From: Syntrophales bacterium
GTDB taxonomy: Bacteria > Desulfobacterota > Syntrophia > Syntrophales > UBA2210
Assembly (NCBI GenBank): GCA_963666365.2
Contig: CAXXNF010000002.1
Coordinates: forward strand, 2,368,001-2,432,000
DNA: 64,000 nucleotides
Direction: 5' to 3'
Part shown: positions 42,859-51,721 of the stretch, in pieces
Position numbering within the stretch: position 1 is the stretch's first letter
Layout of the letters: each line of letters opens with the position of its first letter
Translations under genes and position numbers: made by a program
Notes under the pieces: model-generated
The model's input: only the letters and a program-made list of their open reading frames with translations
Database searches by the model: none
Told to the model about the DNA's origin: nothing

Positions 42859-44105
42859 CGGGCGCCTCCTTCCTCTTCTCCAAGCCTTTCGATTATAATG
42901 GCGCCTCCGATTCCTCCGCCGCAGCAAAGCGTGGCAAGGCCGAGTCGCGCGCCAGTGCGTTCCAGTCCATGGAGCAGCTTGGTCGTGATGATACACCCGC
43001 TGGCACCCAGCGGATGACCGAGGGCAATCGCCCCGCCCCAGAGGTTTACGTGCTCGTCGAGCCATTGGTCGTCAATGCCGTACATCGCCTTCCATTCCCG
43101 CATCACGGCAAGGCTCTGACCGGCAAAGGCCTCGTTTAATTCAACAATATCCATGTCATTCAGCGTCATACCCGCTTTTTTCATGGCAATTGCGGTTGAA
43201 GGCACAGGCCCCCGCCCCATAATCCGGGGATCAACGCCGGCCACACCGCAGGCAAGAATGCGGGCCCGAGGGGTTACGCCGAGTTCGTCGGCCCTTTCCC
43301 GGGACATGATAAGGGCGATCGCTGCACCATCGTTTCGCCCCGAAGAGCTTCCCGCCGTGACGGTACCATCCTTTTTGAAGACCGGCTTCAGCTTCGCCAG
43401 GCCTTCCAGGGTGGTATCCTTTCGTGGGAATTCATCGACATCAAAGAAGGCCGTACTTCCATCGGCCTTTGTATATATGACGGGTACGATTTCTTTTTTG
43501 AACTCGCCCTTTTCGATCGCATTTACCGCCAGCTGCTGACTGCGCAGAGAAAACCGGTCCTGCTCATCCCGGGGGATACTGTGAAGTTCCACCAGGTTTT
43601 CGGCGGTGATTCCCATGGGAATGTTCCCGTATCGCTCCACCGGCGCCGCACCGGGGCCGCCCGCCGTAATGGAATCCTTCAACGTGATATCGCCATTTCC
43701 AAAAGCGTGATTCGCGCCGTCGGAGAGGAAAAACTCGCCGCCGCTCATCCACTCGACGCCCCCGGCGAGAATCACATCGGCAAAGCCGTTCTTTATGAAT
43801 TCGTATCCCTCGATAATCGAAAGCATTCCCGAGGCGCAGGCGATCGTGTCGGCAAAGCCGGGCACTTCTTCGGGAAGACCGATCATCAGGGCAAGATTGC
43901 GGGCCGTATTGGCGCGAACCGTATTCTGTTTCACATGCCCCATAATGACGTAATCATACATCTGGGGCTTAATTTTTCCGGCGTTTCTATCAACGACGGC
44001 CTTGGCGGTCTGACCGAGGAGCTCCCAGAAGGGGAGGTCCTTTATCGTTCCACCGTGCCGGCCGATGGCGCTTCTCGCCATATCAACAATGACCACTTCT
44101 TTCAT
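42855..44105 (-). CDS. Acetyl-CoA C-acyltransferase (thiolase)
   Basis: IACASG, ELNEAFA, GHPLGASG, LCCGGG all present. Confidence 0.92.
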   Translation of the reverse strand: MKEVVIVDMARSAIGRHGGTIKDLPFWELLGQTAKAVVDRNAGKIKPQMYDYVIMGHVKQNTVRANTARNLALMIGLPEEVPGFADTIACASGMLSIIEGYEFIKNGFADVILAGGVEWMSGGEFFLSDGANHAFGNGDITLKDSITAGGPGAAPVERYGNIPMGITAENLVELHSIPRDEQDRFSLRSQQLAVNAIEKGEFKKEIVPVIYTKADGSTAFFDVDEFPRKDTTLEGLAKLKPVFKKDGTVTAGSSSGRNDGAAIALIMSRERADELGVTPRARILACGVAGVDPRIMGRGPVPSTAIAMKKAGMTLNDMDIVELNEAFAGQSLAVMREWKAMYGIDDQWLDEHVNLWGGAIALGHPLGASGCIITTKLLHGLERTGARLGLATLCCGGGIGGAIIIERLGEEEGGAR

Positions 44106-44188
44106 TCCCTTTACCTCCTCAACTTCCCTGCCAGGACCCTCTCGCCGGCTGCTCGGAAAAGACCTCCTTTTCAGGGAAATAGTCTCTG

Positions 44189-45076
44189 TTAGAATTTCAG
44201 ATCCCTTCTCGGTTTTCTTTCTCCGGAGGTATAATCGTACCATCCCTTGCCGGTTTTTCTTCCGAGATCCCCGCTGATGACAAGCTTTTCAAGAATCAAC
44301 GATGGAGCGAATTTCGGGTCTTTATATCCCTCATAGAGGGTCTTGAATACGTTGTAGCCGATCTCAACGCCGACAAAATCGGCCAGTTCAAAGGGACCCA
44401 TAGGATGATTGAGGCCGAGCTTGATCGCCTTGTCGATGTCTTCGAGGCTGGCGACCCCTTCCAGCAGACACTTGAAGCATTCAGCCCGGAAGGCCGCGTT
44501 GCAGCGGTTGACCAGGAATCCCGGCACATCCTTCACGCGGACCGGTTCTTTCCCCATTTTCGTCGCGAGTTCTTCCGTCAGGGCAACTGTCTGGTCGGCG
44601 GTCTTCAGCGCCGGAATCACTTCCACCAGACGCATGACCGGAACGGGGCTGAAGAAATGCATGCCGATAAACCGGTCAGGTCGTTTGGTCGCCGCAGCCA
44701 GCGTGGTGATCGGTATGGACGACGTGTTCGACGCGAAAATGACCTCTTCGCCGCAGATGTCGTCGAGCTTTTGAAAAATGGATGTTTTCACTTCCAGATT
44801 TTCGAAGGCCGCCTCGATCACGAAATCCGCCTTTTTTGCGGCCTCGAATTCGACCGCCTTTTCGATGCGACTCAGGACTGCATCCTTTTCCGCCGCATCG
44901 AGTTTTCCCTTCGCGACCCTGCCTTCGAGAAGCTTCACGATATTGTTGTAGCCTCTGTCGATGAATTCCATTTTTACATCGTTCATGATGACATTATAGC
45001 CTGCCTGGGCCGCAACCTGCGCAATGCCGCCTCCCATGAGACCCGAACCTATGACCATGATCGTTTTTATTTCCAT
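44189..45076 (-). CDS. 3-hydroxyacyl-CoA dehydrogenase (Hbd-like)
   Basis: GSGLMGGG, ASNTSS, GMHFFSPVP, PGFLVNR, PMGPF, GRKTGKGWY. Confidence 0.93.
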   Translation of the reverse strand: MEIKTIMVIGSGLMGGGIAQVAAQAGYNVIMNDVKMEFIDRGYNNIVKLLEGRVAKGKLDAAEKDAVLSRIEKAVEFEAAKKADFVIEAAFENLEVKTSIFQKLDDICGEEVIFASNTSSIPITTLAAATKRPDRFIGMHFFSPVPVMRLVEVIPALKTADQTVALTEELATKMGKEPVRVKDVPGFLVNRCNAAFRAECFKCLLEGVASLEDIDKAIKLGLNHPMGPFELADFVGVEIGYNVFKTLYEGYKDPKFAPSLILEKLVISGDLGRKTGKGWYDYTSGERKPRRDLKF

Positions 45077-45147
45077 TTCGACTTACCTCTTCATTATTAT
45101 AAATTTTACGCCCCTCGTGGAACATTCCATGTCGATATCGGCCGGCC

Positions 45148-45936
45148 CTATCTTCCGACAAATTTAGGCGGGCGCTTTTCGATGAACGCACAGGCGCCTT
45201 CTTTCTGGTCTTCCGTTCCGCAGAGATAACTCCAGTGGAACGCCTCGATATCGAGTCCTTCATGGAGGGTCATGTTGAGCCCGTGATTGATGGCCTCCTT
45301 CGCCGCCCGCACGGCGAGCACCGGTTTGCTCGCGATCAGCGCGGCCATTTCTTTGGCTTCGTCCATCAGTTTTTCCGGTTCCACCACCGCGTTCACGAGA
45401 CCGATTGCATAGGCGCGCTCGGCGCTGATGAATGTACCCGTGTAAATCAGTTCCTTGGCAATGCCGGCGCCTACGAGACGGGGCAACCGCTGCGTACCGC
45501 CGCCGCCGGGGATGATCCCGAGATTGATCTCGGGCTGCCCGAACTTGGCCTTGGAGGAAGCGATTCTGATGTCGCAGCTCATGGCGAGTTCCAGTCCGCC
45601 GCCAAGGCAAAACCCGTTAATGGCGCAGATGACGGGCCGCGTGAAATCCTCCATCTGTTGATAGAGCGGCCGCGTGGTCTTCAGCCGGGCCTTCGCCTTT
45701 TCCTGATCCAGCTCCGGGAACGATTTGATGTCGGCCCCGGCAACAAAGGCCTTTGAGTCGGGCGCCCCTGTGAGGATTACCACGTTGACCTCATCCAGTT
45801 TTTCATTCAGTTCCCGCATGATCGCCCCAAGCTGATCCCTGACGGCGGTGATAAGGGGATTCATGGGAGGATTGTTAATCGTGATCAGGGCAATCTTATT
45901 TTCTATGACATAGCTTACATACTGCTGCTCGCTCAT
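45148..45936 (-). CDS. Enoyl-CoA hydratase (crotonase)
   Basis: FVAGADI, GGGLELAM, GQPEINLG (both catalytic Glu), GGTQRLPRLVG. Confidence 0.93.
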   Translation of the reverse strand: MSEQQYVSYVIENKIALITINNPPMNPLITAVRDQLGAIMRELNEKLDEVNVVILTGAPDSKAFVAGADIKSFPELDQEKAKARLKTTRPLYQQMEDFTRPVICAINGFCLGGGLELAMSCDIRIASSKAKFGQPEINLGIIPGGGGTQRLPRLVGAGIAKELIYTGTFISAERAYAIGLVNAVVEPEKLMDEAKEMAALIASKPVLAVRAAKEAINHGLNMTLHEGLDIEAFHWSYLCGTEDQKEGACAFIEKRPPKFVGR

Positions 45937-45970
45937 GGACCATTCTCCTCTCCTGTCGAACACCGCTGCG

Positions 45971-45994
45971 GGCAGGGGCACTAGCCCCTGCCCG
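45971..45994. terminator. Perfect GC hairpin between dehydratase-like gene and crotonase
   Basis: GGGCAGGGGC-ACTA-GCCCCTGCCC; no U-tract, so it may instead stabilise mRNA. Confidence 0.4.
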
Positions 45995-46008
45995 CCGTGA
46001 ATTCTTCA

Positions 46009-47475
46009 TCAATCCTTTGTCATGCCGGCGATTTTCCGTACCATTTCTCTGCGCGCTTCAATATCGTACTGCGTGGTAATGGCAATCTCTTCCATCCGCG
46101 GTGATCCGCCGCCATGCAGGGCGCCGAAGTTGGCGATACCGCCCTTTGCGGAGCAGGCCAGGTCGCCGATGTGGCGCCAGAGCTGGGCCTGATTCTCCGG
46201 CGACATCTTGCTGCTTCTCGTTGTATATTTGCGCGCAAGATCAGCCGTCTCCGGATTCGCAAACTCTCCTTCATAGGGAAACGTTGCCGGAACGCCTCCG
46301 GATATATCCGCCAGCATCTCCATCTCATGATATACCGCTTCCCCCGTCAGGCAGCGACCCACATTCGCGTAGATGGAATGGGGAATATAATTGCCGGGAC
46401 CGTAGGGAATAAAGCCGACACCGGGCATATAGACCTCCGGCTTTCCCAGTTCCGAAGCGGTAAAGCCGGCCGCATACCCCAGCTCGGTGATCTTGATGAT
46501 CTCCGCGAATTTCGAAGCCACATGCTTCGCCTTGCTGATGCCGTTCGCGTCCGCCGCCAAGGCGCAGGTCCCCAGCATCAAATCCCCCAGCGCCGGCTTG
46601 CAGCCGGAATAGCTGTGGCGGTGAAACAACGCAAAAAGCAGCGCAAGAATGCCGCCGTGCTGGTGCTCGCCGCAGAGAAACACCCGCTCCCAGGGGACAA
46701 ATACATTGTCGAATATCAGATAGGAGTCGTTGCTGCCGCCGTTGAATCCCTTGGGAAAATGCTTTCTATCACGGAAATTGTGAACCGTCACCAGATGCTT
46801 CAATCCGTCCCAGTCGCCCGGAATCGCAAAGGACACGGCATAGTCCGAATCCTCTTTCAGCAGCGCCCGCGTCGGCACCACAAGAATCTCATCGGCAATC
46901 GCCGCTTCGGAAATGTGCAGCTTCGCGCCGCGCACCACGATGCCGTCCTTGTTCTTCTCCACTACGTGCACATACTGATCCGGATCGGGCTGCTGGTGAG
47001 GCCGAAGCATCCGGTCTCCTTTGACATCCGTTTGGGCACAGCATCCCACCAGATCTTCCGTCTGAAACCGCTCCAGCCATTTCTTGAAATTCTCGTGATA
47101 CTGTGTGGCGCCGTTGTTCTGCTTATCCGCCTCGTAGGACACCGTATAGATCGCATTTGTGGCATCGATCCCCATGCAGCGCTGCACGCAGCCGCCCACC
47201 ACCTGGCAGTAGAGACGGGTCATATCCTGCTTCTTGTGGAGATCTTCCGTGTGCTGATGGATGTGATTGAACCGGTTGATCTTCTCGCCGGTCAGGTGCG
47301 ACGTCGCCGTCAGAAAGCCTTCATATTCCGGCTTTGACGCCAGTTCGAAGGTGGTCCCCATGACATTGTAACTCGGAATAAATTCCTCGTGGTCACGACC
47401 GATCTTCTCGCCATTGTGATAAAGATTCCTCTTCATCTTGCTCAGACCTTCAATGTACTGCTCTTTGGTTCTCAT
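46009..47475 (-). CDS. 4-hydroxybutyryl-CoA dehydratase (AbfD) / HpaB-family FAD, Fe-S protein
   Basis: CVQRC and HRHSYSGCK match the AbfD [4Fe-4S] ligands (CxxRC, H..C); TDVKGDR, LHGGGSP; AGGAGG SD before 47475. Confidence 0.85.
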   Translation of the reverse strand: MRTKEQYIEGLSKMKRNLYHNGEKIGRDHEEFIPSYNVMGTTFELASKPEYEGFLTATSHLTGEKINRFNHIHQHTEDLHKKQDMTRLYCQVVGGCVQRCMGIDATNAIYTVSYEADKQNNGATQYHENFKKWLERFQTEDLVGCCAQTDVKGDRMLRPHQQPDPDQYVHVVEKNKDGIVVRGAKLHISEAAIADEILVVPTRALLKEDSDYAVSFAIPGDWDGLKHLVTVHNFRDRKHFPKGFNGGSNDSYLIFDNVFVPWERVFLCGEHQHGGILALLFALFHRHSYSGCKPALGDLMLGTCALAADANGISKAKHVASKFAEIIKITELGYAAGFTASELGKPEVYMPGVGFIPYGPGNYIPHSIYANVGRCLTGEAVYHEMEMLADISGGVPATFPYEGEFANPETADLARKYTTRSSKMSPENQAQLWRHIGDLACSAKGGIANFGALHGGGSPRMEEIAITTQYDIEARREMVRKIAGMTKD

Positions 47476-47551
47476 ATCGTTTCCTCCTGTAAATAGTGTT
47501 AAAAATCGTCCTGCCGACGGCATAGTGCACACCGCGGGCGCTGTCTCTTAT

Positions 47552-48484
47552 TCAGTATATTGTCCTTCCACATCTCTCTACAATCCGGGCCCCGAACAAT
47601 TCATGAAACCGCTGCACTGTTTCCGCCGGCAGTGATTTCCCCTCCGACGCGCAGTATCTGAGCGAATTTCTGATACGCCGCCTCCTGCTGGCGGCTTCAA
47701 TCAGGGGACCGACCATTGCGGAACAGACAAAGAGCAGCGTCTGCCGACGGTGAGTAATCACCTCGATCACCCGCTCAGGATCGAACCGTCTCAAAAGTTC
47801 AACCGTCAATGCGCGGTACACGGACGCATTGAGCACACTCACGACTCCGAAGACCCTACAGAGCGGGAGCACGCCTATCACCACCGCCTCGCAGTCCATC
47901 TGACCACCGGCATCGGCAACAGCTTTCATCCGCGAGAAAAGCGTGCTCTGTGTCAACTTCAATTCCCGTACCACGTCGGGGGCGTTCCAGGAATAGAACA
48001 CATTCGACACATCGCCGGCATCGTTCTGATAGAGGGGATATTCGGGACGCGCCGAATAGGCCATTGTCAAATCGATGAACTCACTATCCGCCGAAACCCC
48101 CGTGGCCAACCGTATGGCCGGGCCGTCCACCGATTTGAAGACACGGCGAATTTCATCCAGGTGCAGTTCGGCGCCGATAAAGGCCTTCGGCTTCGCCTCA
48201 TTGACGATATAGGCTAATTTCGGAAACCGGTCCAGCGGGTTCGCCACTATCTGAACCACTCCCATCTTTGCAAGGGCAAAATACACCACCACGCTTTCGA
48301 TGCTGTTGGGCATCATGACAAGGCAGTGATTCCCCGGCGCCAACCCCAGATCGCGCAGGGCGTTGGCAAGGCGATTGCACTGGATATCCAACTCTCGATA
48401 GGTGATTTCGGCCCCTTCGAAGCGTATCGCCTTCCTGTCCGGATAGGTCCGCGCAGAATTCACCAGGTTTTGCGCCACATTCAT
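47552..48484 (-). pseudogene. Truncated, motif-degenerate AMP-binding (acyl-CoA ligase) homologue; pseudogene or non-catalytic protein
   Basis: N-terminal ligase similarity (ITYREL..NRLANAL..LG). P-loop reads YSWNAPDVVRE instead of YTSGTTGxPKG; ORF ends where YGxTE is expected; C-terminal ~200 aa absent. Confidence 0.65.
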
Positions 48485-48508
48485 ACTACGTCGTTAATCC
48501 TTTACGTT

Positions 48509-48617
48509 GAAAAGTAGGAAAAGTAAAAATCCTTGATACACTTCAGATCTTTTAACATTTCCACCCCTTCTTACTCTTCTTACTTTTCTTACTCTTCTTA
48601 CTTTTCCTACTTTTCCC
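48509..48617. repeat. 9-bp tandem repeat with 18-bp perfect inverted copy
   Basis: About 5 x TTACT(C/T)TTC at 48568-48615; GAAAAGTAGGAAAAGTAA (48509-48526) is the reverse complement of 48598-48615. Confidence 0.85.
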
Positions 48618-50153
48618 CTACAACGGCATATTCCCGTGCTTCTTCGAAGGCCGCTGCGCTTCCTTTCCTTCCAGCGCCCTCATCGCCTTGATGATGACGG
48701 TCCGTGTTTTTTTCGGTTCAATAACCTGCTCGATCAGCCCACGACTCGCGGCCTGATAGGGATTGGCGAAATTTCGCTCATACTCTTCGGTTTTCTTCTG
48801 TTTCTCCTCTCCCGTCTCTTTTCGGAAAATGATATTCGCCGCGCCGGCGGCCCCCATCACGGCGATCTCCGCCGTGGGCCAGGCAATGACCATGTCCGCG
48901 CCCGTCTGTCCCGAACACATTCCCAGATAGGCGCCGCCGTAAGCCTTGCGCGTTACCACCGTGATCTTCGGCACGGTCGCCTCGGGGTAGGCGAAGAGCA
49001 GCTTCGCGCCGTGGCGGATGATCCCGCCGAACTCCTGCTGCGTTCCCGGAAGATACCCGGGTACGTCCACAAAGGTCAGAATCGGCATATTGAAGCAGTC
49101 GCAGAATCGAATGAATCGAGCTGCCTTGTCGGACGCGTTGATGTCCAGACAGCCCGCCATAAAGCGGGGCTGATTCGCGATGATCCCCACCGGATGTCCG
49201 TCCATGCGGGCAAAGCAGGTAATCATGTTCTTGGCATAGTACTGGTGACTCTCATAGATGTCGCCGTGATCGACGATCAGAGAAAGCACCTTTTTCATGT
49301 CGTAGGGACGATTGCTCCTGTCGGGGATAATACCGTTCAGCACCTCTTCTTCCCTGTCGATCGGGTCGTCACAGTCGATTACGGGAGGCGCTTCCCTGCA
49401 GCTGGAAGGCAGGAAGCCGAGCAGGTGCTTGATCTGGCTTATGCAGTCTTCATCAGTTTCCGCTACGAAATGGGCCACTCCGCTCTTCTCGTTGTGCGTC
49501 ATGGCACCGCCCAGTTCTATGGCGCCTATCTCCTCTCCCGTCGTGGCCTTGATCACCTGGGGACCGGTAATAAACATCTGGGCGTAGTCCTGTTTTACCA
49601 TATAGATGAAATCCATCAGCGCCGGCGAATAGACGGCCCCGCCCGCCGAGGGCCCCATGATCGCCGTAATCTGGGGAATCACGCCTGAGGCCATGGTGTT
49701 GCGGTAGAATATCTCTCCATAGCCGGCAAGGGCGTCCACCCCTTCCTGGATACGCGCACCCCCGGAATCGTTCAGCCCTACCACGGGACACCCGACGGTC
49801 ATTGCCTTGTCCAGGCATTTGACGATTTTCTTTGCATGCATCTCGCCCAGCGAACCGCCGATCACGCTGAAATCCTGGGCAAAGGCAAAAATTTTCCGGC
49901 CGTTGACCGCTCCGTATCCCGTCACCACCCCCTCTCCCGGGGCTTCCACCTTGTCCATTCCCAGCACCGTACAGCGGTGGGCAACAAACCTATCGAGCTC
50001 GACGAAACTTCCCTTATCAAAGAGCAGCTTCAGTCGCTCCCGGGCGGTCAATCGCCCCGTGGCATGCAGTTTGGCTTGCGCCTTCTCACCGCCGCCGTCT
50101 TCGATTTTCTCTCCACGCTCGAATAATTCCGATAGTTTCTCTTCCGTCGTCAC
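48618..50153 (-). CDS. Methylmalonyl-CoA carboxyltransferase / decarboxylase alpha (MmdA/PccB family)
   Basis: TARERL..LFD, DSGGARIQEG, AGGAVYSPA, FVDVPGY, RKAYGGA, KKHGNMPL; GTG start after GGAGG (track start 50183). Confidence 0.92.
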   Translation of the reverse strand: MTTEEKLSELFERGEKIEDGGGEKAQAKLHATGRLTARERLKLLFDKGSFVELDRFVAHRCTVLGMDKVEAPGEGVVTGYGAVNGRKIFAFAQDFSVIGGSLGEMHAKKIVKCLDKAMTVGCPVVGLNDSGGARIQEGVDALAGYGEIFYRNTMASGVIPQITAIMGPSAGGAVYSPALMDFIYMVKQDYAQMFITGPQVIKATTGEEIGAIELGGAMTHNEKSGVAHFVAETDEDCISQIKHLLGFLPSSCREAPPVIDCDDPIDREEEVLNGIIPDRSNRPYDMKKVLSLIVDHGDIYESHQYYAKNMITCFARMDGHPVGIIANQPRFMAGCLDINASDKAARFIRFCDCFNMPILTFVDVPGYLPGTQQEFGGIIRHGAKLLFAYPEATVPKITVVTRKAYGGAYLGMCSGQTGADMVIAWPTAEIAVMGAAGAANIIFRKETGEEKQKKTEEYERNFANPYQAASRGLIEQVIEPKKTRTVIIKAMRALEGKEAQRPSKKHGNMPL

Positions 50154-50212
50154 TTTTCTTATCCTCCCGCCTCTTTCTGCCAAGGCTTTTCTTCCACAAC
50201 CACCAAAAGGGA

Positions 50213-50617
50213 TCAGCCGTCCCGCTCACACAACTCCAGAAGCACGCCCTTCGTCGCCTTGGGGTGCACAAAGGCAATTTTTGCACCTCCCGCCCCATAG
50301 CGGGGCGTTTCGTCTATCAATTTGACACCGCGGGCTTTCAGTTCGGTAAGCGCCTCTTCAATGTTCTCCACCCTCAGGGCGATGTGCTGAATGCCTTCTC
50401 GGTTCGATTCTATGAATCGTGCAATAGGCCCATCGGGAGAGGTCGACTCCAGTAGTTCAATTTCCGTTTCTCCCACCGGAATAAAGGCGGTTTTGACCTT
50501 CTGTTCGGCAACCTCCTCGACGCCCGCAAGGTTAAGCCCCAGGGACTCATATATTTTCACACTCTCCTCGATGCTTTTTACCGCCACGCCGATATGATCG
50601 ACAGAAAGAATCTTCAT
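50213..50617 (-). CDS. mce: Methylmalonyl-CoA epimerase
   Basis: [30 protein letters not shown]. Confidence 0.93.
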   Translation of the reverse strand: MKILSVDHIGVAVKSIEESVKIYESLGLNLAGVEEVAEQKVKTAFIPVGETEIELLESTSPDGPIARFIESNREGIQHIALRVENIEEALTELKARGVKLIDETPRYGAGGAKIAFVHPKATKGVLLELCERDG

Positions 50618-51675
50618 ACATTATCCTCCCTCTGCAGGGGAATTTTCTCTTCTCCCCTTTTTAGTAGTATCGAAAGCAGGTCCTGCGCCGCCTGAGTCGG
50701 CGTGATAAGCCCCGCTTCTATCTTTCGTTTCATTCCTGGCAGCATTTCGGCGATCCGGGGATTTTTGTAAAACCAGTCATGAAGTCCCTCATCGATTAAA
50801 AACCAGGTCCATTCGAGCGCCTGCTCTCTGCGCCTGGCCTCGATCTCGCCGCTGGCGCCGAGTGTGCGCCTGTGATCCTGGATCGTCCCCCAGATCTCTT
50901 CAATTCCCTCGTCCGCAAGGGCGCTGCAGGTAAGCACGGGAGGGGACCAGTTCGGCGAGGCGGGATTCACCAGGTGCAACGCCGTTTCATATTCCCGCTT
51001 AGCCAGTTGCGCTCTCGACATGTTATCGCCGTCGGCCTTGTTGATGACGATTGCATCGGCCAGCTCAAGTATGCCCCTTTTTATTCCCTGCAACTCATCT
51101 CCGGCCCCGGGGATCATGAGTACAAGGAAGAAATCGACCATGGACGCCACCGTGGTCTCCAGTTGACCGACGCCTACCGTTTCTACAATGACCACATCAA
51201 AACCTGCGGCCTCGCAAATGAGAAGCGCCTCCCTCGTTTTCTGGGCCACCCCGCCCAGGGTGTGCCCGGTAGGAGAAGGGCGAATATATGACCGCGGCTC
51301 GGCTGAAAGCTTTTCCATCCTGGTCTTGTCCGCCATGATGCTGCCGCCGCTCTTTTTGCTGCTCGGATCCACCGCGAGCACGGCGATTTCCAATCCCTTT
51401 TTCAGGAGCATCATGCCGAAACTCTCAATAAATGTGCTCTTGCCCGCGCCGGGAACGCCGGTAATTCCGATCCGCACCGCATTCCCCGTATAGGGCAGCA
51501 GCCGTTCCATAATTTCGCGGGCCCTTTCCTGGTGAGCCGCGAGCGAACTCTCTACGATGGTGATCGTCTTGGACAGGATCAGCCGGTTGCGGGCCAGTAC
51601 CCCGTTCACGTAATAGTCAACATCTTTCAGCGCCATCGCTTTCACATCGCCGGAAAGAGCGATGATCGAACTCAC
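50614..51675 (-). CDS. meaB: Methylmalonyl-CoA mutase-associated GTPase
   Basis: [39 protein letters not shown]; alternative start 51636. Confidence 0.94.
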   Translation of the reverse strand: MSSIIALSGDVKAMALKDVDYYVNGVLARNRLILSKTITIVESSLAAHQERAREIMERLLPYTGNAVRIGITGVPGAGKSTFIESFGMMLLKKGLEIAVLAVDPSSKKSGGSIMADKTRMEKLSAEPRSYIRPSPTGHTLGGVAQKTREALLICEAAGFDVVIVETVGVGQLETTVASMVDFFLVLMIPGAGDELQGIKRGILELADAIVINKADGDNMSRAQLAKREYETALHLVNPASPNWSPPVLTCSALADEGIEEIWGTIQDHRRTLGASGEIEARRREQALEWTWFLIDEGLHDWFYKNPRIAEMLPGMKRKIEAGLITPTQAAQDLLSILLKRGEEKIPLQREDNV

Positions 51676-51721
51676 TTGCCGCCCCTTCCGCTCATCCTTT
51701 CCTGCCTGTTCAGAGGCCGGT

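Noticed and set aside
41668..44243. Long N-terminal extensions and overlaps given by the track for the thiolases (also fbp, holB, hisI, dctM)
   Set aside because: Downstream ATGs with SD sequences match the family N-termini; the extensions are longest-ORF artefacts.
47540..47560. TGA readthrough or selenocysteine extending the truncated ligase
   Set aside because: Downstream codons show no ligase similarity and the next gene starts 77 bp later.
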